64,000 nucleotides of DNA from the IMG/VR virus record IMGVR_UViG_3300008267_000011, positions 1-64,000 of that record. One strand, written 5' to 3'. This document shows, one piece after another, positions 41,346 to 51,213 of this stretch (position 1 is the first letter of the stretch; every line of letters begins with the position of its first letter). The translations under genes were made by a program, and so were the position numbers. Origin of the DNA: a virus. The notes under the pieces were generated by a model that did not search any database, had not been told where the DNA came from, and saw only the letters and a list, made by a program, of their open reading frames with translations.

Positions 41346-41830
41346 GTTATTACGTTACGACCAACAAAAAATCCTTTACAGAGCATTCTGAAGGCGAAGT
41401 CTGGGAAGAGTCAGGCAAGACATGGACTATTCGAAATGGTGTCAAGCGCACCGTGTCTAAGATGGAATCTTTCCGCAAACAAATTATTACTCCAATCGCA
41501 TGTCCACACTGTGGAATGAAGATGGAAAGTCCAGTGCACAAGTGGGCTTGGAACACACATAAGATGTGTTTTAATTGCGTTGTAGACATGGAACATGAGA
41601 TTATGAAGGTAGGTAGACTTGAGGAGTATCAAAACGCTCTATTTAAGGCAAACATGGAATCTTTCTATGGAGACCTAGAGCAGTTTGTTCAAGAGTTTGC
41701 AAAAGAAAAAACAACCGTTTTCACCGAAGATGGTGTAAAAGAGAACTGGGTTGATAACAGTGGTAAAGTGATAGAGGAGATAGGTAAGAAAGAATTAGAA
41801 GCACTAAAATCAAAAATTGAAGAGGTATGA
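41342..41830 (+). CDS. Zn-finger hypothetical protein
   Basis: CPHC...CFNC. Confidence 0.7.
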   Translation: MSYYVTTNKKSFTEHSEGEVWEESGKTWTIRNGVKRTVSKMESFRKQIITPIACPHCGMKMESPVHKWAWNTHKMCFNCVVDMEHEIMKVGRLEEYQNALFKANMESFYGDLEQFVQEFAKEKTTVFTEDGVKENWVDNSGKVIEEIGKKELEALKSKIEEV

Positions 41831-42438
41831 CGGATGCAATTTGGGTTGCAATAATCGGAGGGGTAATTGGGCCCGTAATTGTATTATCTATCAAGTGGTG
41901 GTTTGACCATAAGATGGGTAAGAAAAAGACTGATATGGTCACTGAGGCGTTGTTAGTTGGAGACTTGATCACTAACAAATTAGACTCAGTTAAGGAAGAG
42001 TATGGAGCAGACCGTGTATGGATTAGTCAATTTCACAACGGTGGTCATTTTTATCCAACCGGAAAGAGCATAGCTAAGTTCAGTATCTTTTATGAGACTG
42101 TATCAGCAAACGCACCATCTCTCCAACTCAACCTAAAAAACATTCCAGTAGCACTATTCTCAAGAAGCTTCAATCAACTACTATCTCACAACATAATTCA
42201 CATTGAAGACTTCAAAGATGAGACTGTAGCAACTTATGGATTAAAGTACTTTGCAGAAGAGTATAAAACAAAGTCGCAATATTTATATGCGATAAAGAGC
42301 TTTGAAGGAAAGTTCATAGCTATTTTAGGGATTGACTACACAACTAGAAAGCACAAGCTAACCCATGAAGATGATGATGAGCTAATGAGAATTGCAACAT
42401 CGCTTGGTGGAGTACTAGCAGGACATTTAAAGGTATGA
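41827..42438 (+). CDS. Single-TM protein with GAF-like domain (T4 holin T-like architecture)
   Basis: N-terminal TM AIWVAIIGGVIGPVIVLSI; ADRVWISQF...FIAILGIDY..LT GAF-like pattern. Confidence 0.55.
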   Translation: MTDAIWVAIIGGVIGPVIVLSIKWWFDHKMGKKKTDMVTEALLVGDLITNKLDSVKEEYGADRVWISQFHNGGHFYPTGKSIAKFSIFYETVSANAPSLQLNLKNIPVALFSRSFNQLLSHNIIHIEDFKDETVATYGLKYFAEEYKTKSQYLYAIKSFEGKFIAILGIDYTTRKHKLTHEDDDELMRIATSLGGVLAGHLKV

Positions 42439-42959
42439 CAAACGAAGAATCAAAAGGGCTTTGGGCAAACATACGAGCTAAAAGAGCACGTGGTGAGAAG
42501 CCTGCCCGTAAAGGTTCAGATGCCTACAACAAAGCAGTAGCAGCTGCTAAAAAGATCAACGCTACAAACGAAGAGCGTGAGGAAGAAAAAGACAGACCAG
42601 CACAAACAATTACAACTGGAACAAAGGCAGCAATGCCAGTAGGTTGGTACGAAACTACAATGTGCGAGACTTGTGCAATTGCTCTACTAGAAGACATTAA
42701 AGCTGGTAAGTTTCCACTTACAGAAGCCGAGTACCAAGGACGTAAAGTTCCACTTGGCAAGCCTATGAGAGGCGATGTCAAGAAGTTCAAGGTATATGTC
42801 AAGAAGGGAGATAAAGTTGTTAAAGTTAACTTTGGAGACCCTAACATGAAAATAAAAAAGTCAAATCCAGAAAGACGTAAATCATTCAGAGCAAGACACC
42901 GTTGTGCCACTCCAGGTCCAAGATGGAAAGCTCGTTACTGGTCTTGTAGAAAATGGTAA
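42435..42959 (+). CDS. Basic two-module protein (DUF6321-like C-terminus)
   Basis: GLWANIRAKRARGE module; LTE site; RRKSFRARHRC..ARYWSCRKW. Confidence 0.6.
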   Translation: MTNEESKGLWANIRAKRARGEKPARKGSDAYNKAVAAAKKINATNEEREEEKDRPAQTITTGTKAAMPVGWYETTMCETCAIALLEDIKAGKFPLTEAEYQGRKVPLGKPMRGDVKKFKVYVKKGDKVVKVNFGDPNMKIKKSNPERRKSFRARHRCATPGPRWKARYWSCRKW

Positions 42960-42965
42960 TCAAAC

Positions 42966-43547
42966 ATGATTAAGTTAGGAAAAATACTACAAGAGGCTTC
43001 TAAGACTGGAGCAATGACTGGAACGCAGGAAAGAGAGCTTAGCACAGGCTTACGTAGCATACATTGGAAGCATGCGGATTTTGAGCGTTATGCAATAAAC
43101 AGCTCCACACCTCACAGTACTATTAACTTTGGTGGATGTGGTATATTTGCAAAGTTGCTTTATTACAATATGCGCAAATATTTAAACATAACACCAGAAA
43201 TCATTTGCATTGACCTAGATGAGCATCAGATAAGTCCAGGGGAAATTAACGATTACAAGACCGTACAGGAGTATAATGAAGACGGCAATATGTGCATACA
43301 CATAGTGTTAAAGTTAGGCGATAAGTACATAGACTCATCAGGAATACATGCTTTTTCTTGGTTTGAGCAACAAGTGTATCGTCATCCTCTTTGTCAACAA
43401 GAAGGAATGACAATACAAACATTAACTAGATGGTGCGCATCAAGCAACAGCTGGAACCCTACATTCAATAGATACAACATCGGAGACATAAATGACGATA
43501 TGGTCAAAGTGATGAAATTTGCAAAAAAAAGCGGAATAAAAAAATAA
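42966..43547 (+). CDS. Putative internal protein with papain/transglutaminase-like Cys-His-Asp motif
   Basis: MIKLGKILQE leader; GGCGIFA...HIVLKLGDKYIDSSG. Confidence 0.5.
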   Translation: MIKLGKILQEASKTGAMTGTQERELSTGLRSIHWKHADFERYAINSSTPHSTINFGGCGIFAKLLYYNMRKYLNITPEIICIDLDEHQISPGEINDYKTVQEYNEDGNMCIHIVLKLGDKYIDSSGIHAFSWFEQQVYRHPLCQQEGMTIQTLTRWCASSNSWNPTFNRYNIGDINDDMVKVMKFAKKSGIKK

Positions 43548-43553
43548 CTAAAC

Positions 43554-44573
43554 GTGCCATATAAAGTTAAAAAGCAAGGAGACAAGTACGTGGTATACAA
43601 AAAAGATACTGGTAAACGTGTAGGCGCTACTGCTGGAAACAAAGAAGCATTACGAAAGTATATGGCAGCCTTGCACATAAACACTAAAGAATCGACAATG
43701 AAATTAAAAAACCTTCTTCCCGAAGACGCAGCCACAGACGTCCAAGACCTTATTAAAAACGTATCTAACTACGAAGAGTTTGTTAATAAACTAGGTCAGT
43801 TAGCGCAAGACCCTAAAGTACAAGCTTTCTTGAAATCTGGAAAAGCAGACGGAGATCAGACAGATGATAAGTTTACAGCAACATCGAAAGCGATTCCTGT
43901 AAAAGAACTAAGACCAACTCAAAATGAGATTGACGTAGACGGATCGCTAAAATGGCCTCTAACCAAACCTGACTCACTCAAAAACTGCTTACAGAAAGGA
44001 CCAATAACAATTAAAGCACCAGTTGTCACATACAATGGAGAGTTTATTATAGACGGTCACCACAGATGGAGCCAACTGTACGCCATGAACAAAGAAGGGC
44101 AGATCAATTGCGTAGATTTAACAGGACCTAAGATGGACCCAATCCAAGTACTAAAAGTAGTTCAGCTTGCAATAGCAGCTGACCTAGGTAAGGTACCAGT
44201 AGCTACAGTCAAGGGAAATAACTTACTTAAACTCGATGGTAAGCAAGTAGCAGAGTACGTAAAGAAGACTATTACTGGAGATTGTGTAAAGGTATTTAAT
44301 ACAATGCGTAGTGCTGCATTAGGCAAACTCGATCCTAACAGCATAGCAGGTAAGGTGATTGTTCCAAACGTCATGGAGATGAAAAAAACATCACAACCAG
44401 CACCAGGAGCACCAAAGAGAGATGTAATGCCTCAGACAGACGATGCTACAAACGCTATGAGTATGATTGCAAAAGGTGCAGTAAACTACAACGATCCTTA
44501 CGTAGCTGAACAAAAATTACGTAGAGCAATTCGCAAAGCAATATTGCAAGAAGTCAAAAGACTAAAAAAATAA
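43554..44573 (+). CDS. ParB/Srx-like domain protein
   Basis: LRPTQNEI...IIDGHHRW; GTG start; second in-frame ATG at 43698 (MKLKNLLPED). Confidence 0.75.
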   Translation: MPYKVKKQGDKYVVYKKDTGKRVGATAGNKEALRKYMAALHINTKESTMKLKNLLPEDAATDVQDLIKNVSNYEEFVNKLGQLAQDPKVQAFLKSGKADGDQTDDKFTATSKAIPVKELRPTQNEIDVDGSLKWPLTKPDSLKNCLQKGPITIKAPVVTYNGEFIIDGHHRWSQLYAMNKEGQINCVDLTGPKMDPIQVLKVVQLAIAADLGKVPVATVKGNNLLKLDGKQVAEYVKKTITGDCVKVFNTMRSAALGKLDPNSIAGKVIVPNVMEMKKTSQPAPGAPKRDVMPQTDDATNAMSMIAKGAVNYNDPYVAEQKLRRAIRKAILQEVKRLKK

Positions 44574-44601
44574 GTTTAACCAAACCCCACGTAAATGGAA
44601 G

Positions 44602-44814
44602 GTGATAGTAGACAACAAGAAAATATCGAAACAGACCTTAGCGACCTGGTGCATGATGCTGGCTCTATTCTTCAATCCTCTTGGATTCGACGTAGTCCAG
44701 TACTGGCTAATTGCCTTAACTGGGAGTCTATGGAGCGCCAATATTGCTTTGTATTGTGTGGCGGGACTATTCTTTGGGCTATCCATCTTGCTACGCTGTT
44801 TATCTAAACAATGA
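44602..44814 (+). CDS. Small membrane protein (2 TM)
   Basis: 70 aa with two hydrophobic stretches; the overlapping alternative frame is rejected. Confidence 0.55.
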   Translation: MIVDNKKISKQTLATWCMMLALFFNPLGFDVVQYWLIALTGSLWSANIALYCVAGLFFGLSILLRCLSKQ

Positions 44815-44815
44815 C

Positions 44816-44822
44816 TATTTAT
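44816..44822 (+). promoter_or_regulatory. Putative late promoter TATTTAT
   Basis: 4 nt before ATG 44827. Confidence 0.7.
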
Positions 44823-44826
44823 TAAC

Positions 44827-45105
44827 ATGAACACGAACCCAAAAACATTAGTAGCCGTAAAGTGGGCCGACCTAAAGACATCGTCAGACTTAACAGATTT
44901 CATATTAGATCAAATGCAAGACGGTGATCAAAACGCACAAAGCTATATAACAAGACAATGGTTAGCAGGCACACTCACAGCATTAAAGGATCTTGATTCT
45001 ACAATTGAAGATGAGGAAGACTTTGATCCAAAGCTAACAAGAGAGCTTGCGGAAGTAGCAAAGGTCGTTACCGCAAAAGGAATACAAATAATTTTAGTAG
45101 AATGA
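44827..45105 (+). CDS. Hypothetical protein
   Basis: 92 aa ORF behind the late motif. Confidence 0.65.
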   Translation: MNTNPKTLVAVKWADLKTSSDLTDFILDQMQDGDQNAQSYITRQWLAGTLTALKDLDSTIEDEEDFDPKLTRELAEVAKVVTAKGIQIILVE

Positions 45106-45509
45106 AACTGATCAACCTAATACCTCTAAGAGAGGCAGACGAGCCAACTTCACCAGAATTGATCGCTACTCCTTACTTCCGTGAATTTCAAACAGCTCAT
45201 GGATACAAGCCATTGTTTAAGTACTTAGGTACAAAGAGCGAGGAGATGATCTTTGTTGCTGACTTAACAGAATTTGGCATGCTAGATTTGATCATCAGCG
45301 ATGCAAAGCTTGTTGCTAAGATAACGGAGAAGACTGCAATCTTTGGAATCGTATACACTCTAACTGGATTAGAGCGTTTTGATGCAACTGTTTGTGCAAT
45401 GAAACAAAAGGATGGTGTTATCGAGCGTATCACATTCGATAACAAAGACAAGAAAAATTTTGGAGCAGCACAAACAAACTTCTTAAAAGTAATTGAAGAC
45501 CAAAAGTAA
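45102..45509 (+). CDS. Putative internal head protein
   Basis: MKLINLIPLREAD leader. Confidence 0.6.
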   Translation: MKLINLIPLREADEPTSPELIATPYFREFQTAHGYKPLFKYLGTKSEEMIFVADLTEFGMLDLIISDAKLVAKITEKTAIFGIVYTLTGLERFDATVCAMKQKDGVIERITFDNKDKKNFGAAQTNFLKVIEDQK

Positions 45510-46174
45510 TGTTTAAAGTACTAGACTATAAATTAGTACCACATCCATACATTAGCGAGCCACTACCAGACGAATCAGTATTTGAAAGGTTAGTGGCTCC
45601 TGAATTTTTTGATAGGTTTGGCTACGAGCTAACCTACATCGAAAGCCTCTATCATCAACACAACAACATACCAGGACACGTACTAGTGCCAGGAAGTCCT
45701 ACAGATGCAGCAGCTTGCATACAGGACTGGATGATACAGGAACAACAACATCCAAACATTTTCTTAGATCATTGCCATCTTAATACGAGATATGCTTACA
45801 AAGGAGAAGCGTTAGAGCAGTTAAAAAGGCTTAGCAAAAAGTACCCACGGTTGGTAAAGATTCTAAACATTAAACCAAAATACATGGTTGATTTTTGTGT
45901 GGATTACATTACGGACGGAAAGGTAGTTGAGTTGGTTCACATAGAGCACGACTTCCATGAATTTGAGCAGTACAAGAGCCATATTGCTTTTTGCGAAGTT
46001 CTTATAGCGGAGGCAAATTGGGGTAAGGTCTACAAAGATTTAAAGCCGTTTTTCGAGACAGAATACAACTACGATGAGTATGCACAAGCGCAGTACAAGG
46101 CAAAATACTTTGGATTTGATAAGCTAGACTACTTACATGAGCCAAAAATGTTATCGTATAAGAAGGTTTACTGA
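45509..46174 (+). CDS. Hypothetical phage protein
   Basis: 221 aa, His/Tyr-rich; function not recognised. Confidence 0.7.
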   Translation: MFKVLDYKLVPHPYISEPLPDESVFERLVAPEFFDRFGYELTYIESLYHQHNNIPGHVLVPGSPTDAAACIQDWMIQEQQHPNIFLDHCHLNTRYAYKGEALEQLKRLSKKYPRLVKILNIKPKYMVDFCVDYITDGKVVELVHIEHDFHEFEQYKSHIAFCEVLIAEANWGKVYKDLKPFFETEYNYDEYAQAQYKAKYFGFDKLDYLHEPKMLSYKKVY

Positions 46175-46181
46175 TATTTAT
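46175..46181 (+). promoter_or_regulatory. Putative late promoter TATTTAT
   Basis: 16 nt before ATG 46198. Confidence 0.7.
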
Positions 46182-46197
46182 TTAAAAACCACATAAA

Positions 46198-46515
46198 ATG
46201 CGTATAAAAGAATCACAATTTAGAGCACTTGTTCGTAGAGAGATTAAAGCTCTTTTGGAAGCTAACGAAGAAGAGCCAGAAATGACTGGAGCTCCAGAAG
46301 CAGGCGCTGAAGAACAACCAGAACCAGAACAAGAAGAGGTTAGCAAAGCTACAAGAATGGCACAAAAGCTTGTTGAGAAGATCAAACAAGATAGCGAACT
46401 TACATCAGCTGAGTCTATCCAGGATATGTTTGTTGTGTTTATTGAATCAATGGGATTCAGCAACGAAACAAAGCTTAGAATTTTACAAAGCGTTAAATCA
46501 GAAACGATCCGATGA
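46198..46515 (+). CDS. Putative prohead core/internal protein
   Basis: MRIKESQFRALVRREIKALLE leader, then an acidic linker. Confidence 0.6.
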   Translation: MRIKESQFRALVRREIKALLEANEEEPEMTGAPEAGAEEQPEPEQEEVSKATRMAQKLVEKIKQDSELTSAESIQDMFVVFIESMGFSNETKLRILQSVKSETIR

Positions 46516-46883
46516 AAACTTCGCATATAATTAAGCGTCTGCAAGAAGATACAGCTTACCAAGAGTTCTTTAAAAAGGCTATGGATAAGTTTGGTATTAG
46601 TTCAATTGGTGATTTAGATGGAGAAAAGAAAAAGCAATTTTTCAACTACATCGACAAAAACTACACAGCTAAGGTTGAAGAAGGTTATATGCCAAATGAT
46701 AGCAGTATCTCAAGAGAGGTACAGGCCGTTGGAAATCAGATCGACACTATACTAGGAGACCTTAGTGCAAGATTTAAAGTACCAAGCCAAGACTTGTCCA
46801 AGTTAGCAGATCTTATTTGGGACTACGCTGATGTATATGCAGAATCTCGAATTGAAGCCTTAGAAGGCGATAGAAGTTTCTAA
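46512..46883 (+). CDS. Putative prohead core/internal protein
   Basis: IIKRLQE leader; YQEFFKKAMDKFGI..KKQFFNYID module. Confidence 0.6.
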   Translation: MKTSHIIKRLQEDTAYQEFFKKAMDKFGISSIGDLDGEKKKQFFNYIDKNYTAKVEEGYMPNDSSISREVQAVGNQIDTILGDLSARFKVPSQDLSKLADLIWDYADVYAESRIEALEGDRSF

Positions 46884-46900
46884 AACAATAACAGTTACGT

Positions 46901-48475
46901 ATGTCAGAAAAGACCTTAAAAGAGATCATTAAGGAGGAGTACGTTAAGTGCGCTACTAATCCTGGGTACTTTATTAACAAGTACTGCATGATCCAACATC
47001 CAACGAGAGGAAAGATACCTTTCCACTTATACCCATATCAGGTAACTACGTTGGATGACTTTATGAAGTTCGATAGAACAATCGTACTAAAGTCTCGTCA
47101 GCTTGGCATCAGTACGCTTATTGCAGCTTATAGTCTATGGTTGATTCTTTTCCATAGCGATAAGAACGTGCTCGTAGTAGCGATTGATCAAAACACATCC
47201 AAGAACCTTGTAACAAAGGTTCGAGTTATGTTTGACAACTTACCAAGTTGGTTAAAGATGAAATGTGTAGAGAGTAATAAACTCTCAATGCGATTATCAA
47301 ACGGTTCTCAAATTAAAGCAGTAGCAAGTACAGGAACATCAGGACGTTCAGAGGCACTATCGTTGGTTATTATTGACGAGGCAGCTTTCGTAGATGGAGC
47401 TGAAGAGTTGTGGGCATCCTTGCAACAAACGCTATCTACTGGAGGACAGGGTATCCTATTATCGACTCCAAATGGTACTGGTAACTTTTTCCATAAGATT
47501 TGGATTAAGGCAGAGGCTGGAGAAAATAAGTTTAAGACTATTCGCCTACCTTGGCAAGTGCATCCAGAAAGAGACCAAGAGTGGAGAGATAGGCAAGACG
47601 CTGAGTTGGGTCTCAGATTAGCAGCACAAGAGTGCGATTGCGACTTTAGTAGTTCGGGTAATACACTAGTGGATCCTGGATTAATACAATGGTACTTGGC
47701 AACATATGCACAAGAACCAGTAGAGAGGAGAGGTGCAGACCAAAGCTATTGGTTATGGGAACAACCATCAATGAGCAAGAGCTATATTGTAACAGCAGAC
47801 GTTGCTCGAGGTGATGGATCCGATTACTCAGCATTTCATGTAATTGAACCAGAAAGCTTAACTCAAGTAGCGGAGTTTAAAGGCCAATTAACAACAAAGG
47901 ATTTTGGAAACATGCTAGTAAACGTAGCTACGGAGTGGAATGATGCATTGCTGGTAATAGAAAATAACAACGTAGGTTGGGCAACCATTCAACAAGTTTT
48001 AGATAGAGGCTACAAAAACCTATACTACACATACAAGAGCGACGTATTAGACTCAGACGTCTTCTTAGCAAAAGGATACGACTTAGTCAGCAAGATTGAT
48101 ATGGTTGCTGGATTTACAATGTCACATAAGGTCAGACCACTTGCAATTAGTAAGTTTGATTTGCTAACCCGCGAAAAAAGCATTATATTCAGAAGTAAGC
48201 GATTTATGGATGAGTTAGCTACTTTCATTTGGAAAGAGGGCAAAGCTCAAGCAGCAAATGGATATAATGACGACTTAGTAATGTGTATGTGTCAGGGTAT
48301 TTGGGTTAGAGATACGGCTTTAAGATTAAGACAAGCTGGTATTGATATTACAAAGGCATCTCTTAACGCATCAAAGAGTTCAGCAACGCTTTACTCTGGA
48401 ACAACGTTCAGGTCAAGTAACCCATGGAAGCAGAATGTCCAAGGTCGCGATGAAGATTTAACGTGGTTATTGTAA
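46901..48475 (+). CDS. gp17: Terminase large subunit
   Basis: KSRQLGIST, IIDEAAF, STPNG, ADVARGDGSDYS and NDDLVM. Confidence 0.95.
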   Translation: MSEKTLKEIIKEEYVKCATNPGYFINKYCMIQHPTRGKIPFHLYPYQVTTLDDFMKFDRTIVLKSRQLGISTLIAAYSLWLILFHSDKNVLVVAIDQNTSKNLVTKVRVMFDNLPSWLKMKCVESNKLSMRLSNGSQIKAVASTGTSGRSEALSLVIIDEAAFVDGAEELWASLQQTLSTGGQGILLSTPNGTGNFFHKIWIKAEAGENKFKTIRLPWQVHPERDQEWRDRQDAELGLRLAAQECDCDFSSSGNTLVDPGLIQWYLATYAQEPVERRGADQSYWLWEQPSMSKSYIVTADVARGDGSDYSAFHVIEPESLTQVAEFKGQLTTKDFGNMLVNVATEWNDALLVIENNNVGWATIQQVLDRGYKNLYYTYKSDVLDSDVFLAKGYDLVSKIDMVAGFTMSHKVRPLAISKFDLLTREKSIIFRSKRFMDELATFIWKEGKAQAANGYNDDLVMCMCQGIWVRDTALRLRQAGIDITKASLNASKSSATLYSGTTFRSSNPWKQNVQGRDEDLTWLL

Positions 48476-48483
48476 GTACCACA

Positions 48484-48490
48484 TATTTAT
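48484..48490 (+). promoter_or_regulatory. Putative late promoter TATTTAT
   Basis: 18 nt before the portal ATG. Confidence 0.7.
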
Positions 48491-48508
48491 CTAAAAGCGC
48501 TTTAAAAT

Positions 48509-50317
48509 ATGGCAGAGAACAATCCTTCTCTATTTCAGAGGTTACAGAGATTGTTTTCCACCGATGTTATCATTCGTAACGTTGGAGGGAATCAATTAAA
48601 AGTTATAGACGTTGACAAAGTACAGTCAAGTGGTAACATTGATCAGAATCGACGTGTAGATCGCTTCTCCCGTATGTATCAAAACATGCCGGGATTTTCC
48701 TATTATCATGGACAGCTTCACTTAGCTACTCGTCTAGAGTTGTTTAAGGACTACGAAGCAATGGACACAGATAGTATTATTTCATCCGCTTTGGATTTGT
48801 ACGCTGATGAGTGTACAACAAAAGATGAGATGGGTAATGTTTTAATTATCCGATCTCCAAATGAAAAAGTACAGAAGGTATTGCATAACTTATTTTACGA
48901 CATTCTAAATGTTGAATTTAACTTATGGCCTTGGACTAGAAACCTACTAAAGTACGGAGACTTCTTCTTAAAACTAAACATAGCAGATAAGTACGGTATC
49001 ATTGGTGTAGAGCCAATGGCAGCTTATGAGATCATTCGTGAAGAAAACTTTGATCCAGAGAACCCATCGAGAGTTAGATTCAAGAGAGATTTTTCTGCAC
49101 TAGCTGCAAGATCTCACGTCGTTAACACAGAGACTGAGGAGTTTGAGAACTACGAAGTTGCTCACTTCCGTCTATTAACGGACACAAACTTCTTGCCATA
49201 CGGACGTTCTCTAATTGAACCTGCAAGAAAGGTTTGGAAACAGATCACTCTAATGGAAGATGCGATGTTGATTCACCGTATTATGCGTGCTCCAGACAAG
49301 CGTGTATTTAAAATCGATATCGGAAACATTCCACCAAACGAAGTAGATGCTTACATGGAAGGAATGATCAACCGTATCAAGAAAGTTCCTTTTGTCGATC
49401 CTGAGACAGGACAATACAACTTGAAGTACAACATGATGAACCTACTTGAGGACTTCTACTTCCCAGTACGTGGAGGAGAGAGTGCAACAGCTGTAGAGTC
49501 TTTGGCGGGTGTACAATATGACAGTATCCAAGACATTGAATACCTTAAAGCTCGTTTGTTGGGATCATTGAAGATTCCAAAAGCTTTCCTAGGATTTGAA
49601 GAAGACATCTCAGGTAAGGCAACACTAGCATCACAAGACTTTCGTTTTGCTAGAACAGTTGAGCGTATTCAACGCATTATTGCTAGTGAGCTTTACAAGA
49701 TAGCAATCATTCACCTTTACTCACAAGGATTTAACGACCAAGACCTAGTTGATTTTGAACTAGAACTGACTGTAGGATCATCCGTATACGAAAAAGAAAA
49801 GGTTGAGATTTGGTCAAGCAAAGTTACCCTAGCTGGTGATATGGTTGACAAAAAGCTATTTAGTCGTCAATGGGTATATGAAAACCTATTTGGTATGTCC
49901 GATGATGAGTTCCTAAAAGAACAAGAGAGAATGGTTCAAGATTACAAATTACAATTTCGTCTTGAGCAGATTAAAACAGAAGGTAATGATCCAGTTAAGA
50001 CAGGAATGTCCTTTGGTACTCCACACGACCTTGCATCACTATATAAAGGTAATGGAGGAGTTCCAGGTGGGTACGATGAGAAGATGCCTGAAGGAGGCTG
50101 GCCAGGTGCTGGACGTCCAGAGGAATCAGGTACATATGGTACACATAAGCACCCATTAGGTTGGGATCCTTTGGGAAACAAAGGAAGAAGGGTTAATGAA
50201 GAGTTTACAATGTTTATTAGAAATTTGAAAGGGAGTGCATTGAAGCAGACAATTGGTAACACATCTGAAATTTCAGAGCCAGATTTGCTCTCAGAGTCTA
50301 ACATTTTAAACGATTAA
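48509..50317 (+). CDS. gp20: Portal protein
   Basis: MEDAMLIHRIMRAPDKRVFKIDIGNIP, LEDFYFPVRG and LKIP. Confidence 0.95.
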   Translation: MAENNPSLFQRLQRLFSTDVIIRNVGGNQLKVIDVDKVQSSGNIDQNRRVDRFSRMYQNMPGFSYYHGQLHLATRLELFKDYEAMDTDSIISSALDLYADECTTKDEMGNVLIIRSPNEKVQKVLHNLFYDILNVEFNLWPWTRNLLKYGDFFLKLNIADKYGIIGVEPMAAYEIIREENFDPENPSRVRFKRDFSALAARSHVVNTETEEFENYEVAHFRLLTDTNFLPYGRSLIEPARKVWKQITLMEDAMLIHRIMRAPDKRVFKIDIGNIPPNEVDAYMEGMINRIKKVPFVDPETGQYNLKYNMMNLLEDFYFPVRGGESATAVESLAGVQYDSIQDIEYLKARLLGSLKIPKAFLGFEEDISGKATLASQDFRFARTVERIQRIIASELYKIAIIHLYSQGFNDQDLVDFELELTVGSSVYEKEKVEIWSSKVTLAGDMVDKKLFSRQWVYENLFGMSDDEFLKEQERMVQDYKLQFRLEQIKTEGNDPVKTGMSFGTPHDLASLYKGNGGVPGGYDEKMPEGGWPGAGRPEESGTYGTHKHPLGWDPLGNKGRRVNEEFTMFIRNLKGSALKQTIGNTSEISEPDLLSESNILND

Positions 50318-50330
50318 CCGAACTAATACA

Positions 50331-50337
50331 TATTTAT
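50331..50337 (+). promoter_or_regulatory. Putative late promoter TATTTAT
   Basis: 6 nt before ATG 50344. Confidence 0.7.
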
Positions 50338-50343
50338 TACTAG

Positions 50344-51213
50344 ATGAAAAAATCGAGCCACAACAAAATTAAGAATACAATAATCTTGTTTGAGTTGCTT
50401 ACAAGACAAGTAGCATCCGATACGCTGAAGGGTGTCGAAAAGTCGCCTGCATTAACCATCATTAAGAACCACTTCAAGTCCAACTCAGCACTAGGAAAGG
50501 AATTGGTAATGTATCAGACGTTGGTAAACGAAAGCTACAAAAGTAAGGCTAAGGCAACTTCGTTGATGAGTACTGTAGTTGGGTTAAGAAAGAAGCTAAC
50601 TAACGAATCTCTAAAAAAAGAGAAGTATGAATTGATCCGCGAGATCAAAAAGCATTACGATCTAGCAGCCTTCTTTAATACTAAGATTCAAAGCTACAAA
50701 CTATTTGCATCAATATACAGAGTATTTGAAGGTGTATCAGTAGCACGTGCAGCTGAGTTAGTCGATAGTCGTTTTACGATTATTGAGCACTTGACTCGAA
50801 CAAAGCAAAAGACTGCAGAGGACGGATCAGCTATCGTACTTAATGAGTATAAGAAGCAGGATCAGGATGTTCGTTTACTAGCGTATCAGTTAATGGTTGA
50901 TAAGTTTAATGCAAAGTATGCAGACCTTTCACCAAGACAAAGAAACATCCTAAAGGAATACATCAACAACGTATCAAACACTGATAACCTAAGAGAGTTT
51001 ATGCTTAAGGAAGCATACGCTTTGAAGTTGGAATTACAGAAGCAAGCAAAAGCTGTTACTGATAAGGTTGTTAAGATTAAACTTAACGAAGCTGTTGGTT
51101 TGATGAAGAAGTACGAAAAGACAAAGAGTGTTAAAGAGCACAACGTGCTATCACTTTTATTATACCATGAACTACTAAAAGAGCTAAGACATGCGCAAAA
51201 AGGATCTAAGTGA
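50344..51213 (+). CDS. Head-module helical protein
   Basis: Between portal and protease; basic and helical. Confidence 0.6.
   Translation: MKKSSHNKIKNTIILFELLTRQVASDTLKGVEKSPALTIIKNHFKSNSALGKELVMYQTLVNESYKSKAKATSLMSTVVGLRKKLTNESLKKEKYELIREIKKHYDLAAFFNTKIQSYKLFASIYRVFEGVSVARAAELVDSRFTIIEHLTRTKQKTAEDGSAIVLNEYKKQDQDVRLLAYQLMVDKFNAKYADLSPRQRNILKEYINNVSNTDNLREFMLKEAYALKLELQKQAKAVTDKVVKIKLNEAVGLMKKYEKTKSVKEHNVLSLLLYHELLKELRHAQKGSK

Noticed and set aside
43554-44573. ParABS partition system
   Set aside because: No ParA or parS-like repeats in the window; the ParB-like domain lacks an evident HTH and sits among head-cargo genes
44595-44807. Alternative 70-aa ORF
   Set aside because: The overlapping frame 44602-44814 gives a coherent membrane protein ending right at the next promoter motif
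46901-50317. Inteins or introns in terminase/portal
   Set aside because: Lengths and motif spacing are normal; no splice or homing-endonuclease motifs seen
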